Below are positions 26,327-33,190 of a stretch of 35,983 bases of DNA, one piece after another. A program made the translations under genes and the position numbers. The DNA is from Candidatus Omnitrophota bacterium. GTDB lineage: Bacteria; Omnitrophota; Gorgyraeia; B26-G9. The DNA lies in the NCBI GenBank assembly GCA_023136735.1, contig JAGLQQ010000056.1, forward strand, positions 1-35,983, read 5' to 3'. The notes beneath the pieces were generated by a model, which was not told the DNA's origin, searched no databases, and saw nothing but the letters and a program-made list of their open reading frames with translations. The first letter of the stretch is position 1, and each line of letters begins with the position of its first letter.

Positions 26327-27959
26327 GATAGCGCTGATAAATTGTCCTCCATGGGGTGTGGTTATGCCTCCTTTGGGGATTGCCTATATTTCCGCTTATC
26401 TTAAGTCAAAAGGAAAAGAGATAGATATCCTTGATTTGAACTTGGATTTATATAGAAAAGCTAATGCTGAGCAAAGGCTTTTTTGGGATCTGGATACGAT
26501 TAATAAAATACCTCCTGTTGAGATAGCAAAAAGGCTGTATGAGCATTTCAATAAAGAAATTGATCTTTTTATTGATCAATTAAGCAGGTTTTCTATTGTG
26601 GGGTTTTCTGCCAACAACTTAATAAGCACTACCTTTGCCGGCATAGTTTCCGGACTCATCAAATTGAAATATCCTGAAAAAATTATAGTTTTAGGCGGGC
26701 CGGGATGTTTTCATAGCTGGGATCGTAATTCGGTGCCTAAGGATGCGGTTGATTTTTTTGTTATCGGTGAGGGGGAGGAAGTTTTTGAGCAATTTATAGA
26801 TTATTTTTCTTATACCGAGAATCCATCCATTAGAGAACTTAAAATCCCCGGTCTGCTGCATAATAACGCAGTAAGAAAGCAAAAATTTTATCCCGCTGTT
26901 TTCGTGAAAGACTTAGATTCGATACCTTCCCCTGATTTTAAGAAATTCGATTTAACGCAATATAATTATGGACAGAAGTATCGCCCATTGCCTATGTTGA
27001 TGAGTAGAGGATGCATTAACAGATGTAGTTATTGCATAGACTGGTATATGTGCTCAAATTTCCGGGTGAGGAAGCCGGAGAATATAATGTCTGAGATTGA
27101 ACATCATACAAAGGTCTATGGAATAACCCATGTTGAGTTTAATGATTTGCTTTGTAATGGTAATCTTGTTCATCTTGAGAAATTCTGCGATCTGCTTATT
27201 AGTTCTGACTGTGATATAAGATGGATTAGCTATGCCGCAATAAGAAAAAATATGAGTGATGAATTGCTTAAGAAAATCAAAAAATCAGGATGCAATTCGC
27301 TTTGCTATGGAATAGAAAGCGGTTCTGATGAGATCCTAAAGCGCATGAATAAACATTACACCAGCGCCGATGCGTCCGATTTGATAAGAAGGACATATGT
27401 TGAGGGTATAGAAGTTCGGATGAATATAATAGTAGGATTTCCTGGAGAGACTGAGTCTGATTTTGAGCAAACACTTGATTTCGTGCGCCAAAATAAAAAA
27501 TACATCACTCAGGTAACAAATGTTTCCTCATTTGTTCTTATGCCTGGTTCTGATTTAGCTATTTATCCTCAGCGCTTCGGCATAAAATATTTGGATATTA
27601 CTGATCCTGGGAGTTGGACGGATGCTTTAGGCCTTAGCCAGGATATCCGTAATGCCAGAGTATCGCGTACTTGTGAACTGTTGGAAACTCTTAAGATCAG
27701 GAATCTCATAGTTAATTATCAAAAGAAAACCCGCGAAATTAAAAAAACTACTAATAAGAAACCTGCTTGCCGTGAGATTAGCACTAATCATCCTGGTGTG
27801 ACTCAGCTAGTAGAACATGTGAATTGCTTTAAGCCAGTGAATAAAACGCTTTTCAAAAAAATATTACTTTTATTCCTATTCGGTTTTTCTCTAATAATGG
27901 ATTTATATTTGTTAGTTTTAAAGAGAGTAAGGGGTTCAATAATCTTTCCAGGAAGCTGA
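26316..27959 (+). CDS. B12-binding-domain (class B-like) radical SAM enzyme with a C-terminal hydrophobic anchor
   Basis: 11-nt overlap with the upstream gene. The N-terminus MMIKIALINCPPWGVVMPPLGIAYISAYLKSKG and ..IVLGGPG have a B12-binding-domain layout. rSAM motif SRGCINRCSYC. The C-terminal KKILLLFLFGFSLIMDLYLLVL looks like a TM helix. Confidence 0.8.
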   Translation: MMIKIALINCPPWGVVMPPLGIAYISAYLKSKGKEIDILDLNLDLYRKANAEQRLFWDLDTINKIPPVEIAKRLYEHFNKEIDLFIDQLSRFSIVGFSANNLISTTFAGIVSGLIKLKYPEKIIVLGGPGCFHSWDRNSVPKDAVDFFVIGEGEEVFEQFIDYFSYTENPSIRELKIPGLLHNNAVRKQKFYPAVFVKDLDSIPSPDFKKFDLTQYNYGQKYRPLPMLMSRGCINRCSYCIDWYMCSNFRVRKPENIMSEIEHHTKVYGITHVEFNDLLCNGNLVHLEKFCDLLISSDCDIRWISYAAIRKNMSDELLKKIKKSGCNSLCYGIESGSDEILKRMNKHYTSADASDLIRRTYVEGIEVRMNIIVGFPGETESDFEQTLDFVRQNKKYITQVTNVSSFVLMPGSDLAIYPQRFGIKYLDITDPGSWTDALGLSQDIRNARVSRTCELLETLKIRNLIVNYQKKTREIKKTTNKKPACREISTNHPGVTQLVEHVNCFKPVNKTLFKKILLLFLFGFSLIMDLYLLVLKRVRGSIIFPGS

Positions 27960-27965
27960 AAAAAC

Positions 27966-28035
27966 AGCTCATAGCTTAGCATGAAAAGCATGCTAGCTCG
28001 TAGCTGATGGCTGATAGCATAAAGCATGAAACCGA
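27966..28035. repeat. Degenerate heptad-periodic repeat block containing an imperfect palindrome
   Basis: Heptads: AGCTCAT|AGCTTAG|CATGAAA|AGCATGC|TAGCTCG|TAGCTGA|TGGCTGA|TAGCATA|AAGCATG|AAACCGA. The hairpin AGCTTAGCATG-aaaag-CATGCTAGCT (27973-27998) has a 10-bp stem with 1 bulge and no U-tract. Confidence 0.55.
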
Positions 28036-28098
28036 AGGACGATGGACGACCGCTGCGCTAGGATGAGGGACGCAAATCAAGTAAAAATTGGTTCTTTC

Positions 28099-28356
28099 TT
28101 AAATAAGTTGAACTTTGTGAAAGATGCTGGAAAAATTTTTAAGCGCATTCACAAATTTAGGTAAATCTACGTTATGTTTTTGGGTACCATTGACATCATT
28201 GACATCATTGATGTCAATGGCGCGAGGACTGTCTGAGCTTCTCCTGGCGATAAGCCGAGAGGCGAGTTCCACAGCGCCAAAAACATGGCATGGATTTTCC
28301 GATCCCGCTGTTCTTTTGCGGGAAAATTGGTGCTGAGTGTAAAATTTATCCATCAT
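28099..28356 (-). CDS. Hypothetical 84-85-aa protein, the only credible minus-strand ORF, filling the inverted-repeat-bounded unit
   Basis: AGGTGA (reverse complement of 28361-28366) lies 4 nt from the ATG at 28356 and 7 nt from the ATG at 28353. The stop falls inside the left inverted repeat. No family recognised (MMDKFYTQHQFSRKRTAGSENPCHVFGAVELASRLIARR..). It could still be a chance ORF. Confidence 0.4.
   Translation of the reverse strand: MMDKFYTQHQFSRKRTAGSENPCHVFGAVELASRLIARRSSDSPRAIDINDVNDVNGTQKHNVDLPKFVNALKNFSSIFHKVQLI
28187..28220. repeat. Perfect 12-bp-arm palindrome built from 9-mer repeats
   Basis: CCATTGACATCA-ttgacatcat-TGATGTCAATGG. It contains CATTGACAT twice, then CATTGATGT. 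It lies inside the minus-strand ORF and encodes ..IDINDVNDVNG... Confidence 0.8.
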
Positions 28357-28419
28357 CTTGTCACCTTATCACTTATATAATTTTTATCAACTTATTTACG
28401 AAAGAACCTAAAAAGTAAG

Positions 28420-28557
28420 AAGGTAAAAGTAAAAAGTAGGAATACGTTGTCGAAAAAATAAATTAACCGCAGAAGAACGCAGTTACAAGTAAAAAGTACC
28501 CCTTCGCCTCTGCTCAGGGTCCGGTGTGAAAACTAGGGAAAAGGTAAAAGTAAAAAG
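28420..28557. repeat. 17-nt direct repeat (AAGGTAAAAGTAAAAAG) x2 plus one partial copy, upstream of the GT4 gene
   Basis: Exact copies at 28420-28436 and 28541-28557. A partial copy, AAGTAAAAAGTA, is at 28487-28498. The second full copy runs into the RBS region of the 28566 start. Confidence 0.7.
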
Positions 28558-28565
28558 GAAGGTGC

Positions 28566-29723
28566 ATGAAAATATTAATGGTACACCCACATGATTTGTT
28601 TTCGAGGCAAGAGCCCTGGACTACGCGAATAAAAAATATTGCGGCTGAATTCAGGTTAAAAAATCATAGTGTTAAAGTTGTATATTTCCCTCTTGTTTAC
28701 CGTAAAGGCAATAAAAGATTTTACAAGGGCGGTATAGAATTTATACCTTTATCAAGACAGGTAGGCGAGGGGAATTTTTTAAAAAATATTCGATTTTTCA
28801 TCAAAGAAAGTAAATGGGCGGATATAATTCATTTTCAAAAATGCTTTCACTATGCTGCAATGCCAGCACTGATAGGAGGGTTTCTAAATAAAAAACCAAT
28901 GCATTATGACTGGGATGATTGGGAAATAAAAATATTCCATTATTGCGCTAAACAGCCAAGGCTTGTCGGAATATTTCTTCAGGTATTGGAAAGGTTTATG
29001 CCCTTACTCTGCGATACTGTGTCTGTGTCGAGTTTTAGATTAAAACAGGAATGTCAGCGTTATGGAGTAAAGGAAAACCGTATTTTTATGGCACCTGTGG
29101 GAGCTGATCTTGCGCTATTTCATCCTCAGATTTCCTCTGTTAGAATAAGAGAACGCTATAATATAGAAACACCGATTATAAGCTATATCGGACAGCTGCA
29201 TGGCGGACAGTACGCGGAGCAATTTATAAAGGCGGCAAAAATAGTGCTCAACAGTGTAAATGACCTTACGTTTATGATCGTCGGGGGAGGATATCGCCTT
29301 AATGAGCTGAGGACTTTGGCGAGTGCTTTGGAAATAGAGGAAAATATTATCTTTACAGATTCTGTTTCGCATAAAGAGGTTCCTTTATTTATGGCTGCTG
29401 CGGATATTGCGATTGCCTGTTTTGAAGACAATGATATTACCCGTTGTAAAAGCCCGCTTAAAATAGCCGAATATATGGCTTGCGGAAAGCCTATTGTAGC
29501 CAGCAATGTTGGAGAGGTGAAAAATATGCTTGGCGGAGTGGGTGTTATGACAGAGCCTGATAATCCAGAGGACTTAGCACGGGGAATAATTAAACTGCTT
29601 GAAGATGAGCCTCTGAGAAAACGTTTATCTCAAAAGGCACGTGATAGGGCTGAAGTAATATACAATTGGAGAAATACATCGGATAATTTATTAAGAGCAT
29701 ATAGTGTTGCTTTAGAACAATAA
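28566..29723 (+). CDS. GT-B fold glycosyltransferase, family 4-like (Glycos_transf_1)
   Basis: N-terminus MKILMVHPHD.. and a C-terminal EX7E-type region (PLKIAEYMACGKPIVASNVGEV). The length is typical of GT4. Confidence 0.8.
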   Translation: MKILMVHPHDLFSRQEPWTTRIKNIAAEFRLKNHSVKVVYFPLVYRKGNKRFYKGGIEFIPLSRQVGEGNFLKNIRFFIKESKWADIIHFQKCFHYAAMPALIGGFLNKKPMHYDWDDWEIKIFHYCAKQPRLVGIFLQVLERFMPLLCDTVSVSSFRLKQECQRYGVKENRIFMAPVGADLALFHPQISSVRIRERYNIETPIISYIGQLHGGQYAEQFIKAAKIVLNSVNDLTFMIVGGGYRLNELRTLASALEIEENIIFTDSVSHKEVPLFMAAADIAIACFEDNDITRCKSPLKIAEYMACGKPIVASNVGEVKNMLGGVGVMTEPDNPEDLARGIIKLLEDEPLRKRLSQKARDRAEVIYNWRNTSDNLLRAYSVALEQ

Positions 29724-29792
29724 AAAAACAATAGAAAGTATTAAGGTTCACCTGATTTTATAGTTTTAAATAGCATGAGGGGTATAAATAAT

Positions 29793-30725
29793 ATGAGATT
29801 ATCAATAGTAATACCAGTTTTCAATGAACAAGGCAGCTTGAATGCCTTACATAAAAAGCTTAGTTCTGTTTTAGAGAAGATGGATATGTCCTATGAAGTT
29901 ATTTTTATTGATGACGCTAGCACTGATCAGAGTTCCGCTATTTTAAATGAAATTAAAAAGCAAGATGGCAAAGTCAAAATAATTACATTGATTAGAAATT
30001 ATGGTCAAACTCAGGCGATTTCCGCTGGAGTTGATGAGGCCCTTGGTGAAATAATTGTTACTATGGATGCCGATCTCCAAAATGATCCTGCTGATATTCC
30101 CAGGATTCTGGCTAAGTTAGATGAGGGTTATGACGTTGTAAGCGGCTGGCGTAAAAAGAGAAAAGATGGTTTATGGCTGAGAAAAATTCCTTCGAATATG
30201 GCAAATTTAATAAGTGTCTGGATTACAGGAGTAAAGATTCATGATTTGGGATGCGCGTTAAAGGCCTACAGATACCGGGTTTTGAAGAATATTGAGTTTC
30301 ACGGTGAAATTCATAGATTGCTTCCTTTGTATGCCGCTATTCAGGGGGCTAAAATAACAGAAATATCGGTTAAACATCAGAAAAGAAAATATGGTAAGTC
30401 TAAATATGGGATTTCACGTTTGTTTAAGGTTATTCTTGATTTGTTTGCGGTAATGTTTATGTGGAAATTTCTTCCCAAGCCTATTTATGCTTTTGGAGGG
30501 ATAGGATTGGCTTCAGTAAGTTTTTCCGGGGCTATTGGATTGTTTATAATTTTTAGAAAAATATTTTTAGCAGGTGTTTGGGTAAGTCCACTTCTGTTTA
30601 TTTTTGTTATTTTCTTCTTGATAGGAATTCAGTTTATGCTTATGGGAATTATTGCTGAATTTATCTTGAGGCTTTATTGCGGAGTGAAGGATATTAAGAG
30701 ATATAAAGTAAAACATAAGGAGTAG
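29793..30725 (+). CDS. GT2 polyprenyl-phosphate glycosyltransferase (GtrB / ArnC / DPM1-like)
   Basis: Motifs: MRLSIVIPVFNE, FIDDASTDQS, TMDADLQNDP. Two C-terminal TM helices. GAGGGG lies 10 nt upstream of ATG 29793. The alternative upstream ATG at 29775 has no SD. Confidence 0.8.
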   Translation: MRLSIVIPVFNEQGSLNALHKKLSSVLEKMDMSYEVIFIDDASTDQSSAILNEIKKQDGKVKIITLIRNYGQTQAISAGVDEALGEIIVTMDADLQNDPADIPRILAKLDEGYDVVSGWRKKRKDGLWLRKIPSNMANLISVWITGVKIHDLGCALKAYRYRVLKNIEFHGEIHRLLPLYAAIQGAKITEISVKHQKRKYGKSKYGISRLFKVILDLFAVMFMWKFLPKPIYAFGGIGLASVSFSGAIGLFIIFRKIFLAGVWVSPLLFIFVIFFLIGIQFMLMGIIAEFILRLYCGVKDIKRYKVKHKE

Positions 30726-30735
30726 AATTTTTTAA

Positions 30736-32439
30736 GTGAAAATATTGGGAATTTGTGATAGTCAGGATGCAGGAGCGGTACTATTAGCTACTGAGAGTAA
30801 CGAGTTAACTGCTGTAAATGAGGAGAGGATCTCGCGAGTTAAATTAGCGGGAGGATTTCCTCTGGGCTCTATTAAAGAAGTACTGAGATTGAAAAATACC
30901 AAACCCGAAGAAGTGGGGTTGGTTGCGGTTGCTTCACATATGACGCCATCATTTATTTTTAGAGGTTTGAGTCTTTTACATCGAAAATTAAAGCAAGAGA
31001 ACAAGCAGTTTAGTTTATTGCTGTCTTTATATATTCTTTATCAAGTTATTGCTAAATGCAGTATATTATTGGAGTTTATTGATTCAAGGTTATCCTCCTT
31101 AATTATACAGAGAAAGTTAAAGAAAATTGGCATAAAGGCTGACTTATGTATGGTCGAACACCATCATGCGCACGCGTTTGCTGCTTATGTTACTTCCGGC
31201 ATGGAAAAGTCACTAGTATTTACGATTGATGGATTAGGGGACGGAGTATCTTTCAGCGTGAATATTGGCGAAAATGGCAGCCTTAGGCGTATATATGAGG
31301 GGAAAGCTCTGAATGACATAACGCTTTACTACTCAAGACTAACGGAGTTTCTTGGATTTACTCCGATAAGGGATGAAGGAAAGGTCATGGGGCTTGCTGC
31401 CTATTCCGATGATCAGAGTGTATTAAATGAAGCCCAAAAATTACTGCGCAGTCACAACGGAAGATTCAAAAGAAGAAATATTTTTTATTCTTTTTCAAAA
31501 GACAAAAAAATTTTTCAAAAACTTAGATTAAAGCCTCGAGAAGATATTGCAGCTTCTTTTCAGACCCATGCTGAGAATACGATCTGTGATATTGTACGCT
31601 ATTGGGTGAATAGAACAGGGATTAGGGAGGTAGCACTTGGCGGGGGCTTTTTTGCAAACATTAAAGTCAACCAGCGAATTGCCCAGATGAATGAGGTCTC
31701 CAGTGTCTATGTTTATCCGCATATGGGAGATGGGGGATTGGCTTTGGGAGCTGTTTATGCTTTGTCTAAAACACAACCTTTCAAATTCAAGGATCTCTTC
31801 CTGGGAACTGCTTATTCCGATGAGCAGATTCAAAAAATTTTAAATAAATATGGTTTGCAATATAAAAGGATCAATAATATTGAACAGAAGATTGCTTTTT
31901 TATTGAGTGAGGGCAAAATAGTGGCGCGTTTTAACGGCGCTATGGAATATGGGCCGCGTGCTTTGGGGAACCGTTCTATCCTTGCTCAGGCAACGGATCC
32001 TGGGATTCAGGAGCAACTAAACAAAAAGTTAGGTAGAGATACTTTTATGCCTTTTGCTCCTGCAATGTTGATTGAAAATAAAAATGATTGCTGCGTAGGA
32101 GCGGCTAAGGCGTCTTATTCAGCGGTATTTATGAATATAAGTTTTCCCTGTACAGACTATTTTAAAAAATTATGTCCTGCCGCAGTTCACAGGGATGGAA
32201 CTACTCGGCCGCAGTTTGTTTCTATGGAAAGTAACTTAGGTTTTTATAAGATTTTAAGTGAATACAATGAGCTTACTGGGATTCCGGCATTAATTAACAC
32301 AAGCTTTAATATTCATGAAGAGCCAATAGTGAGAACGCCAGAGGATGCAGTACATGCTTTTAAAACGGGCAATCTGGATTATTTGGCAATCAATAATTTT
32401 CTATTAAAAGGAGGCTCTAATGAAAAAGGAAAAGCGTAA
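30736..32439 (+). CDS. Carbamoyltransferase, NodU/CmcH family
   Basis: Motifs: MKILGICDSQDAGAVLL, VEHHHAHAFAAY, TIDGLGDG, GGGFFANIKVN, YGPRALGNRSIL, NTSFNIHEEPIV. GTG start with AAGGAG 13 nt upstream, so the start is slightly uncertain. Confidence 0.85.
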   Translation: MKILGICDSQDAGAVLLATESNELTAVNEERISRVKLAGGFPLGSIKEVLRLKNTKPEEVGLVAVASHMTPSFIFRGLSLLHRKLKQENKQFSLLLSLYILYQVIAKCSILLEFIDSRLSSLIIQRKLKKIGIKADLCMVEHHHAHAFAAYVTSGMEKSLVFTIDGLGDGVSFSVNIGENGSLRRIYEGKALNDITLYYSRLTEFLGFTPIRDEGKVMGLAAYSDDQSVLNEAQKLLRSHNGRFKRRNIFYSFSKDKKIFQKLRLKPREDIAASFQTHAENTICDIVRYWVNRTGIREVALGGGFFANIKVNQRIAQMNEVSSVYVYPHMGDGGLALGAVYALSKTQPFKFKDLFLGTAYSDEQIQKILNKYGLQYKRINNIEQKIAFLLSEGKIVARFNGAMEYGPRALGNRSILAQATDPGIQEQLNKKLGRDTFMPFAPAMLIENKNDCCVGAAKASYSAVFMNISFPCTDYFKKLCPAAVHRDGTTRPQFVSMESNLGFYKILSEYNELTGIPALINTSFNIHEEPIVRTPEDAVHAFKTGNLDYLAINNFLLKGGSNEKGKA

Positions 32440-33190
32440 AAATTTTTTAGATTGGTTTTTTGAGGAAGATAAATCAGATGGATTAGAAGGGAAAGAAGAT
32501 GAAGTAATTGAAATAAATTTTTTTCAAGCGCTAACGATAATTATTATTACAATGTGTTTTTTGCTTTTAATATCTTATTCGCACTTAAAGACTTACTTTA
32601 AAAAGCCGACATTTAATGTTAGCCAATATATAGATTCTAAAATCGAGAAAAATTTCTTTCTCAATGGAAAAAACCTGGAAAATAGTGATTTCAGCCAAGG
32701 ATTAAAGCATTGGGTGAGCTCTGACGGAGGAGATCTTTTTCCTGGGTCAAAAAGTATCGTTGAACTTGATGCAAAGGAATATTACTCAGCTCCTTACAGT
32801 ATTCAGATTAAGTCAATAAAACCGGCAAACCGTTATCATTACTCTAAAAATAAACACAAATATATAATAAACAATGCTTATGGATATAAGGAGACAGATC
32901 ACTGGCTTGGAGTAATAGCTGGTACAGATATTACGGCCAGCCTTTGGTATAGAGGGGATGTAGTTCTTTTTTCTATCATTGGTTTATTGGAGTATGGGCA
33001 ATGGAAGGGATTAGGAAAGACCACTGGTTTGGCATCAGATGATTGGACTCCATTAAGTTTGAGAATACATGTTCCTTCTGATGTTCGGGCAATTGCATTG
33101 GAGATCACCTTGAATCAGGCCCAGGGCATGCCTTTGCCTATTGTGTGGATAGATGATGTAAAAGTTAAAGTTAAAAACAATGAAAACTAA
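32420..33190 (+). CDS. Membrane-anchored protein with a CBM4_9-like (jelly-roll carbohydrate-binding-like) domain
   Basis: GGAGG lies 5 nt upstream, and the gene has a 20-nt overlap with the upstream gene. One TM segment (ALTIIIITMCFLLLISY). The domain starts ..NLENSDFSQGLKHWVSS.. and ends ..PIVWIDDVKVKV, as in CBM_4_9-type modules. The domain call is tentative. Confidence 0.5.
   Translation: MKKEKRKNFLDWFFEEDKSDGLEGKEDEVIEINFFQALTIIIITMCFLLLISYSHLKTYFKKPTFNVSQYIDSKIEKNFFLNGKNLENSDFSQGLKHWVSSDGGDLFPGSKSIVELDAKEYYSAPYSIQIKSIKPANRYHYSKNKHKYIINNAYGYKETDHWLGVIAGTDITASLWYRGDVVLFSIIGLLEYGQWKGLGKTTGLASDDWTPLSLRIHVPSDVRAIALEITLNQAQGMPLPIVWIDDVKVKVKNNEN

Larger units (their letters stand above)
28090..28408. 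repeat. 319-bp unit bounded by 21-bp imperfect inverted repeats (20/21 match)
   Basis: Left arm GGTTCTTTCTTAAATAAGTTG (28090-28110). The right arm CAACTTATTTACGAAAGAACC (28388-28408) has the reverse complement GGTTCTTTCGTAAATAAGTTG. The GGTTCTTTC/GAAAGAACC core also forms the compact hairpin at 3432-3464. Confidence 0.65.

Noticed and set aside
27973-27998. Hairpin AGCTTAGCATG-aaaag-CATGCTAGCT, considered as the intrinsic terminator of the 24-kb operon.
   Set aside because: No U-tract follows the stem. It is better described as part of the heptad-periodic repeat block, so a terminator function is unsupported from sequence alone.
28187-28220. Short repeated 9-mers, considered as a possible mini-CRISPR or tandem-repeat array.
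   Set aside because: There are only three 9-nt units with no spacers and no cas genes. The structure is a palindrome, not a repeat-spacer array.
28124-28336. 70-aa + strand ORF overlapping the minus-strand 85-aa ORF inside the inverted-repeat-bounded unit.
   Set aside because: It has no SD, whereas the minus-strand ORF has AGGTGA at proper spacing and spans the unit end to end. At most one of the two is real.
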